From: Myxococcota bacterium | GTDB taxonomy: Bacteria; Myxococcota_C; UBA6777 | Assembly (NCBI GenBank): GCA_023150835.1 | Contig: JAKLKB010000013.1 | Span: forward strand, 62,001-84,875 | Direction of reading: 5' to 3' | Length of the DNA: 22,875 nucleotides | Part shown: piece after piece, positions 1-9,179 of the stretch | Position numbering within the stretch: position 1 is the first letter of the stretch | Layout: each line of letters starts with the position of its first letter | Made by a program: the position numbers and the translations under genes | The notes under the pieces: model-generated | Seen by the model: the letters and a program-made list of their open reading frames with translations, nothing else | What the model was told of the DNA's origin: nothing | Databases searched by the model: none

Positions 1-30
1 GTCGGCGTAGATATCCTTCATGCTTCTGAG

Positions 31-145
31 CAGCCGATGTCGATATCCTTCCACGCTCCGCGTTGCCAACGCCAAAACAACGCATACCTTCGATCAACCG
101 ATGTGGATATCCTTCCACGCTCCGCGTTGCCAACGCCAAAACAAC
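31..145. repeat. Direct repeat, 2 x 51 bp (31-81 and 95-145, 2 mismatches, period 64 bp), duplicating the 3' end of the MATE gene
   Basis: CAGCCGATGTCGATATCCTTCCACGCTCCGCGTTGCCAACGCCAAAACAAC at 31-81 versus CAACCGATGTGGATATCCTTCCACGCTCCGCGTTGCCAACGCCAAAACAAC at 95-145. A further fragment GATATCCTTC is at 10-19. Confidence 0.95.
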
Positions 146-1680
146 AACACCCCCACCAACAAGATATACAACACCGCCCCCCACCAAGCCCCGATTACTC
201 CCCCCCCCATCCATCGCCCCAACAAGTAGACCAGCGGTACAAAAAAGCCCCAACTGGCCGCGATCATCAGCCACATCGGATACGTTGTATCTCCCGCGCC
301 GCGCAATGCACCCGTTGCAGCCATGCCCAAAGCATCGAAGATCTGAAACAACCCTGCCATCAAAAACAGCGTCGTTCCAAGCTCTACAACACTTGGCTCT
401 CGGTTAAACAACAACATCACCTCCCGACCAAACACCGCAAAGATCAACGCCATCACGCCCATATACAACATCGCCAGTTTGATCGCCGAAAATCCGCTGC
501 GTTCTGCATCTTCTTTTCTTCTTGCGCCGATGTATTGGCCCACAAGCGTTGTCGCAGCAATAGAGATCGCAACACCCGGCATAAACGAAAGGTGCAGCAT
601 CTGAAGCACGATGTGATGCGCCGCCAAAGCCTTCTCTCCAAAATGCGCAACAAACGCCGTAAACACCGTCCACGAACCCGTTTCCAACACCCACTGCACA
701 CCAATCGGCAGACCCACCGCACTCAAACGGCCCAGCTCTCGCCCTTGAAAAGACCACGCACGAGTCCGATAACGCCTATGTACCCGAGGACTCCAATAAA
801 CCCACAAGTACAACATCAACCCCAACATCTGCGCGAGGTTGGTTGCGTGCGCCGCACCTGCCGCACCCATCGCAGGGATCGCTCCCCATCCAAAGATGAA
901 GACGTAGTTAAAAGGCACGTTCAAAAATACGATCAAAAAAGAAACGTACATCGGTGTGCGCGTGTCGCCTGTACCGCGCAAAAACGACACCACCGAAAAA
1001 CTCGCGCAAGCCAAGATCCCGCCCCACAAACGCACCGAACTGTACGCCATCGCGGGCTCCGCAAGCGACGCCTTGGTCCCTGCCATCGAAAGCATCCACG
1101 GTAGCAAGGGCTGGAATGTCAACAGCAAAAGACCCGATCCCACCGCGATCATCAGACCGTAGTTGGCGTAACGCCCTGCTTCATGAAAGGACCGCTCGCT
1201 GTCTTTTGGATCAGCGCCTTCTTGTTGGGCGGATTCTTTGCCCTCACCTTCTTTTTGCGAAACAAACGTCGACACGCCGTTGATCACGCCAAAGAAAAAC
1301 GAAAACAACACCCACACCAACATATTACCTAAACCGACCGCTCCTTGCGCCGCCGTAGAGACATACCCCATAAACCACGTGTCGACGATCCCCAACAAAG
1401 ATTGCGCCATCATTGAAAGCACCACAGGATACGCCAACACAACGATCTCTCGAAACCCTCCAGCTTCCGCACTCTCCATCGAGGCGGAGGACGCTTTTTT
1501 GGGCGAACTTCCGCCGCCGCTTGGTGGAGCGCCGCCTTGTCTGCCTTCAGACGAGGACTCTACGATGCTTGTCTCGACGGGCAAAGAAGATGATCTTGGA
1601 AGCTCGTCGTGCGGAACAGGCGGATGTTCCTGAAAAAAACGCTTTGAATTACGCCGTTCACGCGGCGATGATGTAAGCAC
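94..1680 (-). CDS. MATE family efflux transporter (NorM/DinF-like)
   Basis: About 12 hydrophobic segments in two repeats, with MATE-type motifs LAYPVVLSMMAQSLLGIVDTWFMG, FLRGTGDTRTPM, MGAAGAAHAT, AATTLVGQYIGA and GALRGAGDT. Start chosen at GTG 1680 (GGAGG 5 nt upstream); the alternative ATG 1479 gives 461 aa. Confidence 0.93.
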   Translation of the reverse strand: MLTSSPRERRNSKRFFQEHPPVPHDELPRSSSLPVETSIVESSSEGRQGGAPPSGGGSSPKKASSASMESAEAGGFREIVVLAYPVVLSMMAQSLLGIVDTWFMGYVSTAAQGAVGLGNMLVWVLFSFFFGVINGVSTFVSQKEGEGKESAQQEGADPKDSERSFHEAGRYANYGLMIAVGSGLLLLTFQPLLPWMLSMAGTKASLAEPAMAYSSVRLWGGILACASFSVVSFLRGTGDTRTPMYVSFLIVFLNVPFNYVFIFGWGAIPAMGAAGAAHATNLAQMLGLMLYLWVYWSPRVHRRYRTRAWSFQGRELGRLSAVGLPIGVQWVLETGSWTVFTAFVAHFGEKALAAHHIVLQMLHLSFMPGVAISIAATTLVGQYIGARRKEDAERSGFSAIKLAMLYMGVMALIFAVFGREVMLLFNREPSVVELGTTLFLMAGLFQIFDALGMAATGALRGAGDTTYPMWLMIAASWGFFVPLVYLLGRWMGGGVIGAWWGAVLYILLVGVLLFWRWQRGAWKDIHIG

Positions 1681-1888
1681 GACAACCTCCCATACGATCT
1701 GCCGCACGCCCAAGCCCACACCAACGTATGCGCCCGTCCTACGGCAACCAACAAAAAACAACCCTGCAAATCTTGAAGATATCCGATGCGTTCATGCTCC
1801 CCCAAACACCCGACCTCTCCTCCTCAGAAACCTGCTTCGCCCCAACGCGGCGGCCTACGAGAAACGGCTCTCCAATAAAAATAGTTCT

Positions 1889-3094
1889 TTAGTGCGTGCT
1901 TCGGTATTCTTGGATCGCCTCACCCAAAAGGCGCATCGCTCGCTGCAACGCTTCTTCTTTTAATACATAAGCGATGCGGATCTCGTTGCGCCCCAAACCC
2001 GGCGAAGCATAAAAACCTGCCGCAGGAGCCACCATCACCGTCTCGCCGTCACGCGAAAAGTCCGTCAACAACCAACGGGCGAAATCCTCGGTGTCATGGA
2101 TCGGTAGCCGAGGGATGGTGTAAAAAGCCCCTTCTGGGCGGCCTGCCAGAACGTCTGGCATGGCTTGTAAGGCTTGAAATACCACATCGCGGCGTTTTCG
2201 ATACACCTCCACCATGCCATGCAAAAAACTGGCAGGCAGATGATGGGCCGCTGTGGCGATGTATTGTTCGATTTGAGGAGCAGAAAGACGCGCTTGCGAC
2301 ATCCGCAGCACCGCGTCCATCACTTCTTTATTGCGGCTCATCAGACAACCCACACGCGCTCCGCACATACTGAAACGCTTGGATACGCTGTCCACAACGA
2401 TCGCTTGCTCTTCCAATCCGTGAATGTTCAAGACGGAGGCATAGGCATCGGGTTCAGGTTCAAAGACAAATTCTCGATACACTTCATCCGATATCCACCA
2501 CAAACCGCGCTCTCGTACGATCTGCGCCACGCGATCCATCTCTTCGCGTGTGTACACCACACCCGTCGGATTACCCGGATTGCACAACATGATCGCACGC
2601 GTTCGCGGCGTCAGGCACGCCTCGATCGCTTTTTTGTCAGGCAAATGAAAGCCCTGTTCGACTGTGGTCGTCAACGGAAGGATCTTCACACCCGCCATAC
2701 ACGCAAAACCGATGTAGTTGGTATAAAACGGCTCCGGCACAAGGATCTCATCGCCTTCGTTGAGTGTCGCAAGCATCGCAAACAAGATCGCTTCGCTCCC
2801 GCCCTTGGTCACGTTGATCTGCCAAGGCTCCACATGGATCCCTTCCCGCGCATAAAAAGACCGCAGCGACGCAAGGTAAGAAGCCGAACCCTGCGAATGC
2901 GTGTACGCCACGATCCGCTCCCCAAAGTTCCGCAACGCCTCCAATACAGGCGTTGGCGTCTCGATATCAGGCTGGCCGATATTCAGATGATAAACATGAA
3001 TTCCCCGTGCCTTCGCTTGTTCGGCATACGGCACCAACTTTCGGATCGGAGACGCAGGCATCTCGCCCGCACGCTTTGACAAAGACAGTTGCAC
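1889..3094 (-). CDS. Pyridoxal phosphate-dependent aminotransferase, class I/II (aspartate aminotransferase-like)
   Basis: SPIRKL...HLNIGQPD, NPGNPTG, SDEVY, PLP-lysine motif DSVSKRFSMCGARVG and PEGAFY. Start placed at GTG 3094 behind GAGGTG; the ORF is open to ATG 3139. Confidence 0.93.
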   Translation of the reverse strand: MQLSLSKRAGEMPASPIRKLVPYAEQAKARGIHVYHLNIGQPDIETPTPVLEALRNFGERIVAYTHSQGSASYLASLRSFYAREGIHVEPWQINVTKGGSEAILFAMLATLNEGDEILVPEPFYTNYIGFACMAGVKILPLTTTVEQGFHLPDKKAIEACLTPRTRAIMLCNPGNPTGVVYTREEMDRVAQIVRERGLWWISDEVYREFVFEPEPDAYASVLNIHGLEEQAIVVDSVSKRFSMCGARVGCLMSRNKEVMDAVLRMSQARLSAPQIEQYIATAAHHLPASFLHGMVEVYRKRRDVVFQALQAMPDVLAGRPEGAFYTIPRLPIHDTEDFARWLLTDFSRDGETVMVAPAAGFYASPGLGRNEIRIAYVLKEEALQRAMRLLGEAIQEYRSTH

Positions 3095-3186
3095 TTCGCA
3101 CCTCACTTTCACGACAATCAGGCCCCTTGCCTCTCCCATAGAAGCCTTCCGCCGTCAAGACCACACCAAAGGATATCGCCTTTCTC

Positions 3187-3215
3187 TTGAACCGCAACCC
3201 TTTTCCGCCTACATT
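3187..3215 (+). promoter_or_regulatory. Putative sigma70-type promoter for rnc
   Basis: TTGAAC (3187-3192), 17-bp spacer, TACATT (3210-3215), in the divergent intergenic region about 140 bp upstream of rnc. Confidence 0.4.
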
Positions 3216-3353
3216 GCTCCACGTCACTCGACCGCAACACAACACGCGCCGAGTCGACTCACGAAACACAGCACACACAACACGCGCCACAGCAACACGC
3301 AACACCCGGCTGACCCTAGCCAAATCATCTCCACGACACAAAGGATCGCTATC

Positions 3354-4439
3354 TTGCAGCCACCACAACCCACCCGCCTCCCCCTCGATCCCTCTGACTC
3401 TTCTCTTGAACGCACCCCGCACACGTCTTCCCCTACTTCCCCTCAACCTCCTTCTCCCAAAAAACAAAAACGCTCGCGCACCCAAAGCGCCCATGCAACC
3501 GCCACAACCAACTCAGCAGAAATCGAAGATATCCTCCAGTACCGCTTTCGTGATCCCCGATGGCTTCAACAAGCCTTGACTCATCGCTCTTTTTGCCACG
3601 AAGATCACCAAAAACCTGTCCCTTCCTACGAACGGCTCGAATTTCTCGGCGATGCAGTCCTTCAGTTGGCGATCAGCAGCGCTCTTTGGGAACACGATCC
3701 CTCTATGCCAGAAGGCGGATTGACTGCCTTTCGCGCTTCGCTCGTCAAACGCGAAACCCTCGCAGCGATCGCACGAAAGCACGAATTAGGCCGATTTCTC
3801 CGCCTTGGACGCGGTGAACAACGGCGCGGCGGCGCATTGCGCGAATCGATCCTCGCCGACTCCGTTGAATCTCTGCTTGGAGCCATCTACGTGGATGGCG
3901 GATTCACCGAAGCCCTGCGCGTTTGCAACCGACTCTTCGCCGAAAGCCTCGCAGAACTCGACTCGTCCAAACTCACCCTCTATAAAAATCAACTCCAAGA
4001 ATGGGCTGCATACCAACAACTCCCCGCCCCACAATACTGCTTCCTTCGGATGGAAGGCCCCGAACACACTCCCACGTTCTTTATGGAAGCCGTCATCGAA
4101 CCCGATTATCGGGCAACAGGACAAGGCAGCACCAAAAAAGATGCCTCCCAACACGCCGCACAACTTCTCCTTGCCCAACTCCAACAAGACCCCGCCACTA
4201 CCCCCTCCCCAACAAATACGGTACCTGCTCCAACTTCCCTTCCAAAAGAATCCTCTCCGCCCCCTCACACAAAAAGCAAGCCCTCTCCCTCCCTCCAATC
4301 GCGCCCGCCCAAAACCACCACACCTCCGCGATCTCGACCACCCTCTCCAAAGCCTCGAACTCCCGCTCAAAAGACCTCTTTTCAACACACGCCCAAAACA
4401 TCTGTTCCCAAACAACGGCCTTCTCGCAAACACAAATAA
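3354..4439 (+). CDS. rnc: Ribonuclease III with Pro/Ser/Lys-rich terminal extensions
   Basis: QALTHRS, signature YERLEFLGDAVL, ILADSVESLLGAIYVDGG and a dsRBD (YKNQLQEW...GPEHTPTF...GQGSTKKDASQHAA). The TTG start is uncertain (AAGGA upstream). Confidence 0.95.
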   Translation: MQPPQPTRLPLDPSDSSLERTPHTSSPTSPQPPSPKKQKRSRTQSAHATATTNSAEIEDILQYRFRDPRWLQQALTHRSFCHEDHQKPVPSYERLEFLGDAVLQLAISSALWEHDPSMPEGGLTAFRASLVKRETLAAIARKHELGRFLRLGRGEQRRGGALRESILADSVESLLGAIYVDGGFTEALRVCNRLFAESLAELDSSKLTLYKNQLQEWAAYQQLPAPQYCFLRMEGPEHTPTFFMEAVIEPDYRATGQGSTKKDASQHAAQLLLAQLQQDPATTPSPTNTVPAPTSLPKESSPPPHTKSKPSPSLQSRPPKTTTPPRSRPPSPKPRTPAQKTSFQHTPKTSVPKQRPSRKHK

Positions 4440-4476
4440 CCACTTGTCCATACCACCACTCGAAAGGAGAGCTCCC

Positions 4477-5244
4477 GTGGCACAACCCACACCAAGGCGC
4501 TTTACACGTGACCCCAAAAAACCGACGTCCACTCTCATGCGCATCCTCGGCAGCCCCAAAACCACTCTTGTCCTCGGGCTACTCGCCTTCACAAGCATCC
4601 TATTCTACAAGCACTTTATCCTTTCTAAGGATATCGGTACACCCAAAAAAACGGTCCAAGATATCATCCATGAAAAATCCCTCTTTGACCCCAAAAAAGA
4701 ACTCGGACGCGCACGCGATGGAGGTATGCTTCTCACCGCAGAGTCCGTAGACACGGGCGATCTCTTGATCCGCCAACACGACGGGCGATTGGAGATCGCT
4801 GTCGTTGCGAGAAAAAATGCCGACTTCTTTGTCTTGCGCCCTGCTTCACCCATCGCTCCCCTGATGACGTGGCTCCGCCAAGGCGACGGATACTTCGCAC
4901 TTTGCCGACTCCCCCCCACGCCTCGACCCAAGCTCCTGCGCCTACTCGCCACCCTCCAAGATCTCTCTGAAAAAAACCCACTTCCCCCACTCCCCACCCC
5001 ACCCCCAACCTCCCAACCTTCCACCTCCCAACCTTCCGCCTCTCAACCCTCCCAAACCAGCGCCTCCACCACGCCGCTGTCTGTTCATGGCCTCCGCAAT
5101 CTCTGGATACTCCAAGCTTTCCGACAACAGCAGATCAAACTCCCCACCCACTCTCTGCCCCCACACCAAGAACAACTCGCCCTTCAACGCATCCTTCAAC
5201 GTAGCCTCTACAACGACCTGAGAATCCCGCCACCAAGCCCCTAA
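4477..5244 (+). CDS. Hypothetical membrane-anchored protein, possibly a degenerate YiiX/YaeF-like (permuted NlpC/P60) domain
   Basis: GTG 4477 behind AAAGGAG, 37 bp after the rnc stop. One N-terminal TM segment (LVLGLLAFTSILFY), then DTGDLLIR...PLMTWLRQGDGYFALCRL. The family call is weak. Confidence 0.65.
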   Translation: MAQPTPRRFTRDPKKPTSTLMRILGSPKTTLVLGLLAFTSILFYKHFILSKDIGTPKKTVQDIIHEKSLFDPKKELGRARDGGMLLTAESVDTGDLLIRQHDGRLEIAVVARKNADFFVLRPASPIAPLMTWLRQGDGYFALCRLPPTPRPKLLRLLATLQDLSEKNPLPPLPTPPPTSQPSTSQPSASQPSQTSASTTPLSVHGLRNLWILQAFRQQQIKLPTHSLPPHQEQLALQRILQRSLYNDLRIPPPSP

Positions 5245-5431
5245 CAAAACGCCGCGTACACCGACTCGTTCGCGTAAAAGGCGGATGGATGTATCCTCAC
5301 CACCGCGCCCCAAACAGAACAACACACACGCTAGACATCTGCCTTTGATTCGCTATATTGCGCAGATCGTCTTTTTCGGCTCGCTCGCAGCCCAACCATC
5401 ATCGCCCTCTTCAACCATAGGAGATCAGATC

Positions 5432-5737
5432 GTGGCGAACCTCAAAGATACCCTACTCAACCAAGGACTCCAGATCGGTATGTCCGCCGTACAAAAAGTT
5501 CTCAATAGCCCCCTTGGGCCCGCGATGATGCGTTCCATCGGCGAGATCCTCAAGATCAAACAAAACCTCGAAGAAGCCCGTGAGCGCTTGCTCGAACGCC
5601 TCCAGATCGCCTCCTACCAAGAACAAGCCGAACTGCGGCGTACCATCACAACCCTCGAAAAGAAACTCGAACGCATGGAACGCCGTATGCGCGAGATGCA
5701 AAAACAAAACAAAGATCACAACGACGCCCAAGGCTGA
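5432..5737 (+). CDS. Small coiled-coil hypothetical protein (phasin/BMFP-like C-terminal helix pattern)
   Basis: GTG 5432 behind AGGAG. 101 aa with heptad pattern LERLQIASYQEQAELRRTITTLEKKLERMERRM. Confidence 0.75.
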   Translation: MANLKDTLLNQGLQIGMSAVQKVLNSPLGPAMMRSIGEILKIKQNLEEARERLLERLQIASYQEQAELRRTITTLEKKLERMERRMREMQKQNKDHNDAQG

Positions 5738-5799
5738 TCCAACACACCCTACCCGCCGACGCCCTGACACCCCCACCCACCGACGCCCTCACCACCGTT

Positions 5800-7119
5800 C
5801 TAGCCACCAAACAATCGAAACCGAAAACCAATATCGACACGCGCTTGCCAATATCCCGCCGTCGCGAGCGCTTCGTCCCCTCGCCAAAACGTAAAACCAC
5901 TCGGATACAACGCCCCCGACAACCAGACAAACACCGACCAACGCTCAGAAGGCGCATAATCCAAACGCAACCCCATCCCTCCTCCCCCGCGCAACCGCCA
6001 CAACAGCCGATCGCGAAACGCAACCCGCAACACATCCATCAACGTAAACAAACGCAACTCCCCTGAAAAAGGGCCTTCCCACAAACGCACACCCACTCCC
6101 ACCATCGGCTGGATCTGCAAACCCATCCCCTCCGATAATCCGAGCCATCCGCACACACCACCACCCACAAATCCCAACCAACGCCCCCGCCCAACCGAGA
6201 AGACCAGAGATCCGCCCACTCCCACCGCAGGGAAAACTCCAAAAACGCCCATCCCTCCGAACTCTAAGCTACCCCACCAAAGCGCGCCACCTTGCTGTGG
6301 CTCCAACCAAGGCCGAAGCAACGTTGCACCACCCACATCGACCTGCTCCGCCATCCATCGACGCATCGGTTTTGGCGGTCGCAACATCGGCAGAATGGGC
6401 CGTCGCAACATGGGTGGCTCTCTCCGTACCATCGGACGCGTTGTCGCCAACGCTAGACGCGGGCGCGTTGTCGCCCCCACAACTTCCCCCCGAACCCGAG
6501 GGAAACTCCGTCGAAACGCAGGCTTCGTGGTCGGGATCACACGCGGTATGACCGCGACCCTCCGTCCCTTCGGCTCTTTTGAAAAGCGCACAACCCCCCG
6601 CCCATTCGGCGGAGTGCGCTCTCTCGCCTTCGGCACGATCGGCACATCCTGCACCACCTTCCGTTTCGACGGTGCCTTGGGCAAAACGGACCGATAGCTG
6701 TCCAAAAAAGCTTGTGCAAACAACAACACCGAACGCACACGCGGACCACTCTCGCGATAATGCTCTGGCACTTGATACACCCGCTGGATCTTGCGCCAGC
6801 GAAAAGTCAGATGCCCTTCGCTTTGGATCTGCAAGCGGATCGTTGCAGCGTCGATCCCTGCAACCAATAAAAAACCACGCGACGACAACAGCCGCCGCAA
6901 TCGCTCACCGCCCTCCTCCCCCAAATAGGCTGACTCTCCTTCCAGAAACAGGAAATAACGATCGTCTTCTTGAACGTGCTTTCCCCACGCCCACCCCAAG
7001 CATACGCCCCAGACCACCCACCCCAAGCATACGCTCCAAACAAACCACCACTTTTTGGGCGCGCTTCTCCCACAATGCTCTACAAACACTTCGACCTCTC
7101 GGGCGCTTTGCTGCTCCAT
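5800..7119 (-). CDS. Hypothetical secreted/outer-membrane protein with an Arg/Pro-rich linker and a probable C-terminal beta-barrel
   Basis: Long ORF with G/T-ending codons like the other minus-strand genes. N-terminal hydrophobic segment, Pro/Arg linker and Gly/aromatic alternating strands ending WQARVDIGFRFRLFGG. ATG 7119 lies behind GAGGG. Confidence 0.7.
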   Translation of the reverse strand: MEQQSAREVEVFVEHCGRSAPKKWWFVWSVCLGWVVWGVCLGWAWGKHVQEDDRYFLFLEGESAYLGEEGGERLRRLLSSRGFLLVAGIDAATIRLQIQSEGHLTFRWRKIQRVYQVPEHYRESGPRVRSVLLFAQAFLDSYRSVLPKAPSKRKVVQDVPIVPKARERTPPNGRGVVRFSKEPKGRRVAVIPRVIPTTKPAFRRSFPRVRGEVVGATTRPRLALATTRPMVRREPPMLRRPILPMLRPPKPMRRWMAEQVDVGGATLLRPWLEPQQGGALWWGSLEFGGMGVFGVFPAVGVGGSLVFSVGRGRWLGFVGGGVCGWLGLSEGMGLQIQPMVGVGVRLWEGPFSGELRLFTLMDVLRVAFRDRLLWRLRGGGGMGLRLDYAPSERWSVFVWLSGALYPSGFTFWRGDEALATAGYWQARVDIGFRFRLFGG

Positions 7120-7381
7120 ACGCCCTCTCTTCACCACCGCGCAAGATCTTCTGCTTGATCTTGTACAACGCCTCGACGCAAGATGCCTCCGCACGCCTTC
7201 ATAACACACCCCCTCTTGCTCCGCCAATAGTTCGCTTGTCCAGTAATCGCCCCCCTCCCAACCCACCCACCCTCTCGATCAAACCCACCCACTCAACACC
7301 CCAAAAACAACAAAGCGACGAAAAGACCGAATCTTTCGCCGCTTTCAACCTCGATTGAAACAGAGGGCCTTCCGCACCACC

Positions 7382-8047
7382 CTAGAAGGCAAACCGCATC
7401 ACAGAAGCACTGTTTTGGAAGGAGCGATCCCCACCGTCATCATAGGGCCTTGCAGGAGCCCGATAGCTTGGCTGCGCCCGATAAGCCCGTTCGGCCCGAC
7501 TGTTCACGCTGCTGACATGCACAACCACCATCACGATCCCTGTGATCCAACCCGCCAAACTCAACAGCGCTCCCAATCCACCGAAGATCAGCGCTCCCAA
7601 TCCACCACCGACCAACTGCAACGCCAACGTGATCGTTCCGCCCACATAATCGCCCGCCACCCAAGAACCGATCGCAAACGGCAAAAAGATATTCAACAAC
7701 AACGGCCCTGCCAGTTCAATGCGTTTCGGCCCCGGCACAGTTTGTTGCTCGTGGCGGAGATCTTGGCCGCCCCGATCGTATCCGCTGTGATCACCTCCGC
7801 GATCTTCGCGATGATAGCGATCCGTCCCCCCATCATCTCCGCGAAAACCACGACCATCACTTACCCAACGACCCGACAACAGGCCGATTGCATTTGAATT
7901 CGCTTTCCCCATCACCCCTCGACGACTCGCTTTCTCCCACACCTCGGCTTTTCCCAACCCAGCCTTTCCAGCAGCCCATCCATCCACCGCCACTCCCAAA
8001 ACAACGGTCATCACTAGCCCTTGCAACATCGATTTCTTTGCGTTCAT
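7382..8047 (-). CDS. Membrane protein with a Borrelia P13-family-like motif
   Basis: ATG 8047 behind AGGAGAAGGA. Signal peptide, then GPLLLNIFLPFAIGSWVAGDYVGG, matching the P13 pattern P.LLN.FL.F.IGS...GD..GG as I recall it. Ends in VMRFAF. Confidence 0.75.
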   Translation of the reverse strand: MNAKKSMLQGLVMTVVLGVAVDGWAAGKAGLGKAEVWEKASRRGVMGKANSNAIGLLSGRWVSDGRGFRGDDGGTDRYHREDRGGDHSGYDRGGQDLRHEQQTVPGPKRIELAGPLLLNIFLPFAIGSWVAGDYVGGTITLALQLVGGGLGALIFGGLGALLSLAGWITGIVMVVVHVSSVNSRAERAYRAQPSYRAPARPYDDGGDRSFQNSASVMRFAF

Positions 8048-8142
8048 GATCCTTCTCCTATTTGCGCTTCTTTGCGCTTTGCTTTGTTTTTCGCTCACAA
8101 CTGTTTTTTGACTGGACATCTTGTGCAGTCGCAGCCCCCTAG

Positions 8143-8159
8143 AGCGAAGACAATGCCAA
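8143..8159 (-). promoter_or_regulatory. Putative sigma54 (-24/-12) promoter for the P13-like gene
   Basis: The minus strand reads TTGGCATTGTCTTCGCT, which is GG-N10-GC with TGGCA at -24, about 95 bp upstream of the ATG. Confidence 0.4.
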
Positions 8160-8216
8160 GCACCAAGCTCTCCCCTAACCCCCTCATCCCATCCATGTTT
8201 TTTCTCTCGCCCCCTC

Positions 8217-8239
8217 AAAAGATCACCGTTGCGGATCTT
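8217..8239 (-). terminator. Possible weak intrinsic terminator after trmL
   Basis: Minus strand AAGATC-CGCAACGGT-GATCTT-TT: inverted repeat with a short U tract, 80 bp downstream of the trmL stop. Confidence 0.25.
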
Positions 8240-8318
8240 CTCTGACTGTCCGGCTTTTGCGCATCGCGTTCAGATCATGAACACATCTGTCTCCCACACG
8301 CCCTTCTGAAAACGTCCA

Positions 8319-8852
8319 TCACATGGCTGATCGCGCTTCAAATAGCCTTCGATAGGCATCATACAACACCACCGAAACGGCATTTGCGATGTTGATCGAA
8401 CGCACAGTATCCGGCAGGATCGGCAGATGGCACATCTGCGCATCAAACCGTGTATGCACCTCGGGCCGAAACCCCGAAGACTCACTCCCAAAAACAAACG
8501 CATCCCCGGGTTCGATCGCGATATCCCAAAATGACCGCGCTGTCCGCGTCGATAAAAACCAGCACCGCTCAGGCCGAAGTCGCGGGCCAATCACCGCGTC
8601 AAGATTCGGATACACCTGCGGATCAAGATGCTCCCAATAATCCAAACCCGCACGCCTCACACTTTTCTCATCCAACGAAAAGCCCAACGGCTCGACCAAA
8701 TGCAACGAAGATCCTGTTGCATAACACAAACGCCCGATATTCCCCGTGTTGGGAGGGATCTCTGGTTCCACCAGCACCACATGAAATCCCGGTTGACAAA
8801 AAAATTCTGCCCGTCGCGCTGGGCGAAAGACTTGATCTCGATCCGATCTCAT
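8319..8852 (-). CDS. trmL: tRNA (cytidine/uridine(34)-2'-O)-methyltransferase, SPOUT family
   Basis: HVVLVEPEIPPNTGNIGRLC, LHLVEPLGF, RRAGLDYW, FVFGSESSG and VRSINIANAVSVVLYDAYR. Confidence 0.95.
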   Translation of the reverse strand: MRSDRDQVFRPARRAEFFCQPGFHVVLVEPEIPPNTGNIGRLCYATGSSLHLVEPLGFSLDEKSVRRAGLDYWEHLDPQVYPNLDAVIGPRLRPERCWFLSTRTARSFWDIAIEPGDAFVFGSESSGFRPEVHTRFDAQMCHLPILPDTVRSINIANAVSVVLYDAYRRLFEARSAM

Positions 8853-9179
8853 CCAACCACACTCCTGTTTGTGAACCCAACTTCTTCCTCTGCTCGATCA
8901 TCCCACACAGAACCATCCAGAGCGGCCTCCACGCCTTCTGCCACTCCCCATCCATCAAACCGCTGCACCCACAGAGCGATGGTTCTCCAACCATCGGTCA
9001 AACCGAGCGTTTCGATATCTTTCTCAAAAGCGTCTCTTGTCCAAAAACAGATTTCGTTTATCTTGGACTTCTCAGCGCCCCAAACAGTCATGCTTTGTAT
9101 GCGGGTCCAAACAAGACCAAGCGCCCTTCGCATCAGCCCCACCGCAACAACAAAGCATGCCTTCCAAGAAAGGTCTCGG

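Noticed and set aside
31-145. Possible CRISPR array at the left edge
   Set aside because: The repeat is the coding 3' end of the MATE gene and the spacer is only 13 bp.
3805-4476. First half of the 479-aa ORF overlapping rnc
   Set aside because: Shadow frame; a clear RBS + GTG at 4477 marks the likely start.
8628-9179. N-terminal extension of the kinase ORF
   Set aside because: It overlaps trmL on the other strand and has no domain features; ATG 9180 fits the kinase start.
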